From the NCBI GenBank assembly GCA_000934665.2, contig KZ539007.1, positions 1 to 36,892 on the forward strand: a stretch of 36,892 nt of DNA. Direction: 5' to 3'. Source of the stretch: Catajapyx aquilonaris (Eukaryota). The position numbers and the translations under genes were made by a program. Of the stretch, positions 11,838 through 22,160 are shown one piece after another (positions within the stretch are counted from its first letter, which is position 1; each line of letters begins with the position of its first letter). The notes under the pieces are model-generated. The model was not told where the DNA came from, searched no databases, and saw only the letters and a program-made list of their open reading frames with translations.

Positions 11838-12092
11838 TTTCCTATTCTCCAGTTCTCCTTCGATGGTGCCAGAGACTGGATGGACTGGATCTGGATGGTG
11901 CCTTCGATGTTGCCAGCAGGAAAAGGGTGGCCAACAGGACATGGACTTCACAATGAGAAAGCAGGGTTGCCAATAACAGTAGTGTTTCCCAAAATGGCCG
12001 TACGAGGGCGCTTTTGGAGGCGCCAAAATTCAAAGTGTTCGATGTTCGACCATATACATGACAATGTATGACACCATATATACATGGTCGAA

Positions 12093-12384
12093 GGCTCCTC
12101 CTGCGGTAGTGATGGCACTGGGAACAACGTTTTGGGTTCATCATCATGTGTTGGCAGTTCAGGTTTAGGTTCCTCCACTGCGTTGGCGATGGCACTGACT
12201 GGTGGCAATATGGTTCAGGTAGCAGCATGCTGCTACCTGAACCATTGCCACCAGTGCCATCGCCAACGGTGGAGGAACCTGAACCTGAACCTGCCTGAAC
12301 TGCCAACACAGGATTGACCCAGGAAGAACCCAAAACGTTGTTCCCACTTCCCAGTGCCATGCCATCACTAACCCAGGAGGAGCC
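12093..12384. repeat. spacer-less inverted duplication (palindrome) of Pro/Glu-rich coding-like sequence
   Basis: Perfect 36-bp palindrome at 12210-12245 (ATGGTTCAGGTAGCAGCA|TGCTGCTACCTGAACCAT). The arms continue with small indels to GGCTCCTCCTG (12093) and CAGGAGGAGCC (12384). Confidence 0.95.
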
Positions 12385-12579
12385 GGTATAGTGTTGCCCC
12401 CAGTGCTTTCACCGATTCTGGACGACCAATAAGCTCTCAAATTATTTTCAAGCACTCCAGCAGGGTACACAGCAGCCCGTACCCCCAATTCACGGTGTAT
12501 AGGGAGAATAATTATACACGTACCTTGCCCAAACGCTTGGCAATTTGCATGCGGGTGGAGGAGGAGTTGACCACACCCT

Positions 12580-13079
12580 GCCAGCTGTTCCTGCCCTGAT
12601 TCATAGGAACACATGTGCTGTACTGGGATCCTACCCCAATAGAATTCCGGTCAGCAAGTTTCACTTTCAGGATGCTTTCAAATCGATCCCTACATATGGG
12701 TATGACTTTGAGCCGGGAGGACTTGGCTTCAAAAACCTGGAAGACGTGCTGAATAGACTAGAGGATGTGAGGATTTTCATCACACACAGGAGCCTAATTG
12801 TGGAGCTAATAAAGGGTGAGTCTGCACCATGAATTGAGTTTCCCTATCATAATCAGGTAAATCATTCTTGTTGCAGAAAATCAAGCCAAAGTCAATATGA
12901 TGCTATCAGGAGGCTTTTGGTCATCAGGATACAAAAGTAGCGATGGCGATACTATATTGCTGTTCCAAAAGAGACTGCAACGGTGTCTGGCGGGCATATG
13001 GCGATGGGGATGCTGGAAACAGGAGGAGGATCAGCACCAATATCCGGAGAGATTACATGACCACTCCAGCAAGTGTTGA
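12580..13079 (+). pseudogene. LOTUS (OST-HTH) domain exon plus a following exon, probably a gene fragment
   Basis: CAVLGSYPNRIPVSKF..AFKS..TYGYDFEPGGLGFKNLEDVLNRLEDV fits the LOTUS pattern (YG..P..LGF..L.D.L..L.D). Donor G|GTGAGT at 12815/12816, then a 61-nt intron, then an acceptor at 12876 phase-compatible with the ORF ending at 13079. Confidence 0.7.
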
Positions 13080-13607
13080 CAAGGCGGATTTGCCTCCGTA
13101 ATGTGTGCTTGTCCTCACAAATACGGCTGAAAATAGTACAGTGAGTTTATTTTTCTGCAGAGGTGGACCTGCCGCTGTTCGTGATCTTCAATGAGATCAA
13201 GGCGTTGACGACGAGCGTAACCGACCTGAGCCGAGCGCTTGAGAAGTCGCAGTTGTTGGGTCTCACTCCGGATGGCACCAAGGTGTACAGGATTACACCA
13301 GTCAAAGAAAAAGAGGACATGGACGTCTGCACCATTTATGTGTTAATAATCAATACAGCCCCATAATGTCGTCCTCTGTCACTAATTATCGCTTTAATTA
13401 ACAGGAGCAACTCCCACCGTTTGTGATTCATGAGTGGCTGAAAGGAATCTTCTCAGAGTACGGTCCTGTCATGTTGTACGTTTCAATCCCACGTTTCCGC
13501 AAGACTGGAAGAGTCAAGGGATTTGCATTCGTTGAGTATGATAATCCTGACGCTGCCAACAGAGCATTGGAGGTAATTCTTTTGAGTTTTCTGGTCACTA
13601 ATAAATA

Positions 13608-14278
13608 CACTGCACTCCCGATTATCTGGGTGCGGATTATCCGTGCATCGCCAAAACAAAACAGAGTCCGAAAATATGTCGATATGTCTCGCAAACAAAG
13701 AAATATAACCGACTTTTTCCGTTAAAAATCTATAAAACATGTTATTACTGTATTTTGATTAAACCTTAGCATACAGTATGAGCAGTAGTTCATTAAAATC
13801 TCTGAATAGCTAATTTTTATGTTGTCAGGGACCATTTTCTGATTATCCGGGAACACCTGTGCATTGATTAGACCATATAATCAGGAGTAATAATAATATA
13901 ATAATAATAATAATAGGGTTTTAGTGCATTGCCCTAGGGCATCGGCACAGTACCTTTATTTATGCTTAAATTTGTACAAGCTTGATACAGTTGGTCCTTT
14001 TGCCGTAACGCCCAGGTACCGCGAGCGATAGGGAGGATGACAGGAGGGGATGTGCAAGTGCAGTGCAATGACATAATTATGTGGTCATTTTGTGAGCTCC
14101 CCTGGGTGGTTTAGTCTATAGGAAATACCACCCGAGACGAAGTCAGAGATGGCCCTAAACTCTGCACGAGATGAAGGGGGTGTCCCCGGGCTGGGATCGA
14201 ACCCGGGACCTTAACATCCGTGGGCGCGCACGTTACCGCGACGCCACTCAGTCTCCCCTGATAATCAGGAGTACAGTG
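13608..14278. mobile_element. pogo/Tigger-like MITE, copy 2, interrupted by a SINE, in a LARP7 intron
   Basis: TA|CACTGCACTCCCGATTATC ... GATAATCAGGAGTACAGTG|CA. Homologous to 1498-1807. Confidence 0.8.
13890..14260 (-). mobile_element. tRNA-derived SINE with (TTA)n tail
   Basis: A-box-like TGGCGTCGCGG and B-box GGTTCGATCCC on the minus strand. 13-bp TSD ATAATCAGGAGTA at 13877-13889 and 14261-14273. Confidence 0.85.
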
Positions 14279-16049
14279 CATTTTAATGACAATTGACAAG
14301 TCAATATTTTTCATGGACACACCCATCACAATTATTAAATGGGGAATGTTTACAGTTATTGAGCCTTTTAAAACAGACTGCTCTAATTAATATTCATTTA
14401 ATAAGTTAGCATTTTTGGCACTAACCTGCTTATTTTAAGGTGTTACTAAAGGAATAATTACTTTTTGTGCCTATCTTAGCTGCTAATAATCGGCTAAATT
14501 GAATCAGATCCAACCTCTGAATTGCAATGCCTATTGGAACAATTGGCTGATCTATGATAATATTGGAATATTTCAGGCTTTTGGAGCTGCAGGATGCTGC
14601 CTTCCTGTGGACATGGGTCCAGACAAGCTCAAAAGCATAAGGACGTATGAAGCTGCATCGGTATAGAAGGGAAGAGGCAGGAGAGGTTGAAAAGAAGGAT
14701 GAGCAAGGTGGAGAGGATGACATGAAAGAGGAAGGTGAAGAGAGCAGGAAGGAAAGAGTAGGAAGCATTGGGAACAGCGAGCGTGATGGGGATGACAAGA
14801 GCGGCGGAACCAAGAGGAGGAAGGTGGATTCCGACATCGAGAATGGAGGTGACAGACCGGCCGATAAGGAGAATGTTCAAGATAAGGATGGAGCTGAGTG
14901 CATCCAAGGCCCAAGTACTGTGGCAGAAAAATGCGAGAGTGAGAACCCAGGAGAGAAAAGTAGTACCGGTACTGAAAATGACAAAAATGCGTCAGTCTGA
15001 AAGAGGTCGCATGTGAAAAAGGAAAGCCGATGATGAGGACATAAGTGGAAAGAGAAGAAAAGTGGACGATGAGACAGCCGAGGAAGAAGCAAAAGTTGCA
15101 GATAAAATTAAAGCCGAATCTGAAGAGGAGAGGGAACCTGAAGCTATAAAGGCTCACTTTGATGAGACCGAACCTGAGTCAAAAGCGGTTTGCACTGAGG
15201 AGACCGAAGATGAAGAGACGACCTGAAAAAGGAGCCTGAATCCACCGGAAAAGATGTGGAAAAGAAGAAGAAAAACAAGAGAAGGAAGTTCAAAAAGCAG
15301 ATTAAAGGGCAGCATGAAGTTGCATCTATCGGACTGCAAGTGATGTCCAAGTAAGTAGCAGCATCTCGAGGTTAACTGTAAATTCTTCAACACTGTGGAT
15401 GTTAAATCCTGATTGTGCTCCATTTCACCTTACCAGTACTGAATTGTTTCTCTCCATTGCCAGACATCTCTGGAATCAGTACCTGAACCTTCAGTGGGCT
15501 AATATGAAGCAGCAGATAAGGGAAAGTAGGAGCCGGGACGAAATGGGGGACGTCGCGTCGCTGAGGTTCCGGAAGAGACAGTCGAAGAGCAGGCTGTCCC
15601 AGAGGAAGCCAAACTCAAGAAGGCCCTGCCACCGCCTCTGGATTTCACTCCTGGAGTGGTGATCAAGATTACCCTCCATGTACCTCTTGTGGATGTCAAG
15701 AAGTTCAAAGTAAGCTGTTTATGGGGGAAGAAATATTTATAATTGCTGACGCTGGTTTTACCTTAAAGGAGAAGCTTCGTGTATGACCAGGAGTCAAATA
15801 CGTGGATGCCAATGAAGGCTAAATGAGCGTTCGTGCTATGCGATGAGTCTGCCATGGCCACAGACCTTGCTGAGTCTAAGCCTGAGGAGTACAAGTGGAG
15901 CCAGGCATCCGTTTTGACTGGTGCTGAGGGAGAAGTGTACTGGGAGAAAATCCAAGCTGATCGTGAACAGAAGCGGAGCGGGAAGTTGGGTTGGATCTCA
16001 TCTCAGCCCAGGGAGAGATGAAGGCAAAAGATTCAATGAAAAAGTTACA

Positions 16050-16104
16050 TGCGTTTAAATAGTTCTTGGAGCCTCTCAGGCTCCACCTACAGAGTTAAGG
16101 GTTA
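16050..16104. mobile_element. single terminus of the piggyBac-type family seen at 858-1072
   Basis: The reverse complement TTAACCCTTAACTCTGTAGGTGGAGCCTGAGAGGCTCCAA matches the terminal and subterminal sequence of the 858-1072 element. Confidence 0.75.
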
Positions 16105-16301
16105 AGCTGCTGGCGACGTCCCCTGTCATCCACCCTCCTGAGAAGGTAACACTGCACCAAAGAGCCGGATCTAAAGCCAACTGTTGCCATGCCTTGCACA
16201 CTAAGGAAGCTCTCTTCATCAGATCCTGCTTTGAAAAGGTATGAAAAGACCTTTGTCTTCATCACCAGTGGGAGGTCCCACCATGTCTTGCTGGGTTCAC
16301 C
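16105..16301 (-). pseudogene. F-box domain exon with a 1-nt frameshift
   Basis: After acceptor ttgcag the exon reads GEPSKTWWDLPLVMKTKVFSYL. Removing one base of the run at 16234-16237 continues it as SKQDLMKRASLVCKAWQQLALDPALWCSVTF, a canonical F-box consensus. It is cut at the piggyBac TTAA. Confidence 0.8.
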
Positions 16302-16339
16302 CTGCAATCATGTTCAAATAATTATACAGAATATTATGA

Positions 16340-16724
16340 GCTAATCACCTTTCTGATCGTATACCCTGCCACGTATTATATGAGCCTGGCGTCACTAGGA
16401 GCAGGGTGGTAACAGTGATCGTGTATGGTTGCTTCATTAATATCATCAGCTGCCACTAACTTTTCTCTCGTCTCCAGGGCTTCATTTATCTTGGCTGTGA
16501 GCGTGTATGTAACTTCCTTTGCCCCGTCCTGAGGCTTTAGAAGTGCATTTATTAGTACTCCTGAAGAAACATTGGCATTGTTTGGTGACCGAACCAAGTT
16601 ATAGAAACGTAAACATTCCACGGCTATCAAGATTTTTTACTCCTGGAACTTGAGCGTTGACTCCAAATTGTTTCCACATATTACGATTCCAACTTGCCCC
16701 ATCACAGGTAATAAAATCTACAAA
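16340..16724 (-). pseudogene. internally deleted P-element/THAP9-type transposase remnant
   Basis: FVDFITCDGASWNRNMWKQFG (catalytic-D region, TCDGA at 16709-16695) is joined after a frame change to YNLVRSPNNANV...DHCY...LI*YVAGYTIRK (C-terminal motifs). Confidence 0.8.
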
Positions 16725-16939
16725 CCAAAACAATAAGTAAGGTCACTTATGATACATCTAAAAAACGTTGATGAAATCAAATTATCAGGTACACAATTTT
16801 CCAATACAAACCAAAAATGATTTCCACAGCCTTTCAAAAGATGTAGCTTTTTTCATCCAAGTTAGGACTATTCAGCTGTAACCACACTTCTAAATGAGGA
16901 ATGTAATTGACATAAATTGCTTTCAATGTTTTCTTCTAG

Positions 16940-17590
16940 AAAATGACTTGTACTCTGCAAATAACTTCAGTGTGGTGATAGAGAAGGAATTGGCTGTAAA
17001 GGGTATTAAGTCAGCCCTGGAACGTGTAGTAGTACTACTAATAGGAGTGTACTTTGTATTTGCAATCAAATATCCCGCTGGTGCATCTGGTACATTTGAA
17101 TTTATTCAGAGGCGAGTGTCTTCTCTGTATTGAGGTTTCATTGTGATTATTCAGATATAGTTGGCAAATCCTTTAATATTAATTATGGCATTTTAAAGTC
17201 ACTGAGTTGGAATTAATGATTTATGGGCTAGTAATTATACGACTGGTTTAAACATCCATCTTGAATGATACTTTGTGTTGGTCACAGATGACAACATTTG
17301 GATCACAAGTCTCAAGTCAATAATTATAATTATCTTGCATAAATGACAGTTATGTTTCCTCAATGAATTCATAACAATAACTGCATAATTATGCTTCACT
17401 GACCAGCTTTCATGTTACTTTACCTTGTGTGTTTGGTTTTTCCATATTTTAATATCTGCTATTCATTTCAGATGCCTGCTAGGAATCAACCCTGAAAAGG
17501 ATTCGAAAGGGATGACAACCGGTGGCCGGAAAAGAACTGACATACATCCACAACGTTGTTGAAGTTAATGAAACTGCTGCTGAAATGATG
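16940..17590 (+). pseudogene. EnSpm/CACTA-associated SAMD3-like ORF C-terminal exons (16940-17111, 17472-~17590)
   Basis: YFVFAIKYPAGASGTFEFIQR|CLLGINPEKDSK matches the YVFN..YP.....EFIQR....INP..GSK motif. The intron starts GCGAGT and ends tttcag. There is a frameshift near the end. Confidence 0.7.
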
Positions 17591-18018
17591 GGAAGGAGAT
17601 TTTCATTTCAGCAGTTTCCTTATAGGGGAAGAAGTCTGGCCCTTGGACCCCAGCTTTACCCGCCATTGCCTAGTTTTCCACTTACGAGTATACTCTATCT
17701 GAAAATATGGACAAGATATTTTACACAAAATAACAGCTATACATACTGGATCAGGGAAAACACTCTGAATGTGTCTGGAACAATTTTCCTTATCTAGAAG
17801 GCCCTACATTAATTTCCAAATATATCGCTTTTTCAGAGTACGTGTGTAGGGGAAAATCTAGGCGATGGCCTCACGGTTGGCCAGAAGTACTTGAATTTCA
17901 AGTTATTACTTTTGAAAATTACTTAAGGACTTCTAGGCGAGTGAAAATTGTTTTCAACACATTCATGGTGTACAACATGAATGTGTAGATATAGAGCTAT
18001 AATAATATACATATTATA

Positions 18019-18438
18019 GGGGAGGTATGGTGGCCGAGATGGTAACGTCTCGGCTTGCTGTGTGAAAGGCCCCAGGTTCGATCCCCGCCTGGGGAAATTT
18101 CCTTTCACCTGCGTCAGGAGGGTCTCTGACCTGCACCAAGGAGGTGTCTGGCAACCTAACCTCCTGGGGAACAGCACATGACCCCTTTACCGACATTGCA
18201 CTTGCACCAATCTTCCCTCCCCGAAAATCCCTATATCCTTACCTCATGTCCTTTCATCCTTGCACCGGAGTTAGAAGAAAAATCAGAAAATTGAAGGAAA
18301 AATGGTGGTATTCCTCCCCCCTATAAGGGCCTATGGCCCTAGCACGGGGTAACGTAAAATTTAAAAAATAAATAATAATAATAATAAATAATAATAAAAT
18401 AAATAATAATAATAATAATAATAATAAATAATAAAATA

Positions 18439-18470
<32 letters not shown>
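18019..18470 (+). mobile_element. tRNA-derived SINE with long (TAA)n tail
   Basis: A-box TGGCCGAGATGG and B-box GGTTCGATCCC. 19-bp TSD TAATAATATACATATTATA at 18000-18018 and 18471-18489. Confidence 0.9.
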
Positions 18471-18478
<8 letters not shown>

Positions 18479-19429
18479 TACATATTATATAATAACAGCT
18501 CTGTTATTATTGGTAAAATATCTTATTTTTTATCTTCAGAGTACATGTAAGTTTAACTGAAACGTAAACATCCAGGCGATTGCGGTATAGCTGGGGCTGA
18601 AAGGGTTAACATTGTGCACCAGGAAAATTGGCTTCAGTGATATTGCCTAAGAAATACGAGAGGGATCTAGTTCCTTGAGGAAGGAAGTACAGTAGCCTAC
18701 CTTTTTCTCCACCTTGTATGGTGCAGTGGAAGGAAATAGCCTACAAGCTCAGCCAATGTACCAGGATTGTTATCCAGAGAGGTGGTAGTCATACCTGCAT
18801 ATTTATCTTTAATTGTCTTCTGAGAGGAACTGCTACTACGAATTCCACAATTGAATCTAAAAACAGTGTTTGGAGGATAGAGCACTATGTTAGTGATCCA
18901 TTAACTGTGAGTGTCATTTAACTTTTCAACATTCATCCATTCTGCTTCTGTGGCAGAAATTAAGTTTAGAACTAATTGAGGTTTTTTCTTCACTATTTTG
19001 GTCAATATTTTAGAACAGTAATTTTTTTCTCGTTTCTTATTGGCAAAATGTTCAGACAATGTAACAGGAACTGATGTTGTGTTACAAAAATTTTCTCTGG
19101 TCTCAGGAGGATATCAAGGATTTACGGAAACTGCAATATCAGGGCCTTTATTTACCTTAATATTCTCATGGTGTGAAATGAAATTCCTGCAGAATAATTT
19201 TACATATTATACATTTTCATAATGATTTTGTTGGCCAGTGTAATTCAGAAAATGCATGTTGTGAAAATATTTAATTGTATGAAACTCGAGAACCTTGCCC
19301 TCCAGAAACATTTGAGTAGCAGATTTGAAATCAGTGGAAATAAATCAATTAAGAACCACCCTCACAGCTCAATGGAATTGGGAAATAAAGGAATTCTTCA
19401 ATAAGTTATACCCATTCAAATCTCTCAGT

Positions 19430-19839
19430 AGCTTGTGTGACCTTGAACCCAAAATTTTTCCGCCTGTGGCGGCCTTTCGCCCTTCCATTTCTGATTTCCT
19501 AATTTGGCGCTGCCCCCCCCCCGAAATTTTTTCTGCCTACGCGGCTCGGTGATGTTAGTTCTCCGTCACGAATATCTCTCCTGAAAAGTGCTCCGCGACT
19601 CAAAAAGTTTGAGAACCTCTGTTTTAAATGCAGTGTATGAACTTGGATTCATTAAAATTAACAAAAGCATGAATTAGAATTTTATTTATGTATCATTGTA
19701 GTATTGATTGATTAATTTATTTAAAAAGTGATTTAAAAAGTGATTTAGGGGAAGTATGGGTTACTACTAATCCAGTAGCACAAGGGGCCCCCACCAAAAA
19801 ATCTGCACGAGGGCCCCCTGTTCAGTAAATCCGGCGCTG
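19430..19839. mobile_element. stacked right ends of hAT-like non-autonomous elements
   Basis: CAAAAAGTTTGAGAACCTCTG (19601-19621) is a Charlie-like end and GTAAATCCGGCGCTG (19825-19839) follows GGGCCCCC subterminal motifs. Matching left ends were not found. Confidence 0.5.
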
Positions 19840-21855
19840 CTTGTGACGTCAGTACTATTCTAATTCTGAGCACATTTGTCTGTAGCAAGAGCTTCTCTCT
19901 AGTTGTGTTTAGACCATTATGGTAAAAGTCCCTTACTTAGACATTTTTCTACTCTGACCACCTCACCTATCGATCGTGGAAATACTGTCAGGTATATTGT
20001 CTCTAAGAGCACGTAAAGGGTAGTCTATACACGAGATTGAACATGTACAACAGTACAGTACATTGATGCAGACTGAGAAATGTTGTCACCATGGTTGTCA
20101 CTATTTCTCCAGGTCCAGTATTACTACCACTAGAAAACTTAAATGGCACTCCAAGTCTGAAAATGGTAAGAAGCCTCCACTGAACTGCCAGGTTGAATTT
20201 TGATGTAATGTTCTACATCATGTCGATTGTAATCCGTCATGTGGCCTACAAAGTTCCACATCGGCCTTGTAATTCTGTCCCCTTCGCATGCAGGCCAAAC
20301 TCAGCCTGCTAATTAGGCCGTCGTCAAAAGCAGTAATTTCAATTGCATTGTAGCCTACGGTCCTTGCATGGCACTTCTGATGCCATCTAGGAAGAGGAAG
20401 GCAGTGCGGTGCTGTGGAAATTGTACAAGTTTGGGCTGTACAAGTCATCTGCATAGATTAGGTTCACACGAAATGAATTCATTAGGCTGGCCGCACACAC
20501 ACATGTGTACATACACAATTTGGATCGACCTTTGTTGTACCTGCAGAGCTGACCTCATGTAGACTTGGTTGCATGCAGGATTGCCGGTTATCTACTGGGT
20601 CTGTGCAATCAGACCAGATTAAATTATTAATATAGGCATCGCTACGATAAGAATTCCATTTTGTAGGCCAAAACGTTTCGCTGGAAATTCTCATCTGCAA
20701 AGGGGGTGACCTCACAGGAGATGTTTGTAGAAACAGGCCAACACAACAATGCTGGAAGGAAACCAAAATAATTGTGTGAGTCATGCCCCATTGCAATCAT
20801 CTGAATCTACACGCGAGCCGCCTTTTCTAAAAAGCCCCTACCAACCAAATTATAGGAAGCAGTCCATAGAATCTAACTCCATGGGGTCGTACTCGGTACC
20901 CCCAGTATGATTCAGTATCCTTTACAGAATCGACCGCGACATGAATATTTGATTCCACACAGTTTGGCTGGGTCGACCATATGGCATAAAAATGGCGGAA
21001 CCTAGCGGAAGTGACGCCGGAAGCTACTATCTGGCAGCGCCACGGTAATCGCCTAATTATGGTTGTCAATGCGCCTTGATTCTCATTGCAAGCTAGGAAA
21101 TGAGGCCGTATCGGTTTCGGACGGAAGCGGGCAATATACAGTACTGCCCTTGACCTCGGGACCTGTGGGCACCATTAATCACCGTCATGTTCGGAGAGAG
21201 GAATAATTTGCGAGGAGTCTTCCATGCAACGGTCATGATCGATGCAAGTCTGGATGGCCTGAAGACATGTTTCCCAAGAGACGTGATCGTGATCTCTGGA
21301 TGGATAAAGGTGGCGACCTATGGAGTGGAGTAATGAGCACTCGGCACGAAATTAAAGGCCTCGCTAGATGACAAAGTTTTTGAAGTGCCAAGTGTGCACT
21401 ACGAACTTCCTGTATGGAAAGATCACGCTTCAGTTTTCTCGAAATTCAACTTACGTCAAGACATTCTATTTTAGCTAATGATGCAATATGGAACAGCTGA
21501 TTAGGACTGGTAATGCGAGAACAATTAGATCCTGCAAGTTATGCCATGCGTGATACCAAGGTGTGGTTGCGTACAAGTCAGGATGAGATGTGACCTTGAA
21601 TAAATGGATTCAGGTTTCGACGCACATAAGTTAGTTTGAGTTTAGCGCAATTATTTTAGGTTTAAAAAAATACGCATCAACGCGTTACGGGATAAACTGA
21701 TTATGGGACAGGACAGCATGGGACAGTGACACCGGTAGGCCTAACTGCGGATCACTTGAACCAAAATGGCACTGACCAGAATTGACAGCGGATAATAATA
21801 TGGAATTAAGTGTAGGCCAATAAATAGGTCTATGTCATTTAATTCCTGATGATTG

Positions 21856-22160
21856 ACCGAAGCAGTGGTAGCGGAGGGGATATGGTATCCGACTGCTAAT
21901 CGGGAGGTCCTGGGTTCGAATCCCGGTGGCCGCCGACCCTCACCGTGGTTTTCTGTGGTTTCCCATGGTCTCACCAGGAAAATTCCGGGGTCGTGTCCGT
22001 AATTATAGGCCACAGCCGCTTCCTTCCGTCCCTATCCCATCCCCATATACGAGAAGTAAAAACGAAAGCAAGAGTTCCAGAAAAAATATGGTGGTATCCC
22101 ACCCCCCTAAGATGGCCCATGGCTCTAGCACGGGGTACAAATTATTATTATATTATTATT
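21856..22160 (+). mobile_element. full-length tRNA-derived SINE (Ser-GCT-like anticodon arm) with (TTA)n tail
   Basis: CCGA-CTGCTAA-TCGG stem-loop and B-box GGTTCGAATCCC. TSD AATTCCTGATGATTG at 21841-21855 and 22161-22175. Confidence 0.9.

Larger units (their letters stand above)
13161..16021 (+). pseudogene. LARP7: unprocessed, 5'-truncated La-related protein 7 pseudogene; exons 13161-13342, 13405-13572, 14577-15350, 15464-15709, 15769-~16021
   Basis: Domains: second half of the La motif (VDLPLFVIFNEIKALTT..RALEKS..GTKVYR), RRM1 (YVSIPRFRKTGRVKGFAFVEY), LQVMSK..YLNLQ linker and xRRM (FTPGVVIKI, YVD, LTG..EVYWEKIQADR). Lesions: TT instead of GT at the expected donor 13343, TAG 14664-14666 with frameshifts, TGA 15784-15786, TAA 15820-15822 plus a frameshift. 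Confidence 0.92.

Noticed and set aside
14430..15708. Hydrophobic and Ser/Phe-rich minus-strand ORFs
   Set aside because: Reverse complement of the purine-rich, low-complexity LARP7 linker.
21856..21930. tRNA genes here and at 9740-9809, 14180-14258 and 18019-18095
   Set aside because: No complete cloverleaf and no oligo-T terminator. Each continues into a SINE body, and three of the four have a simple-repeat tail and TSD.
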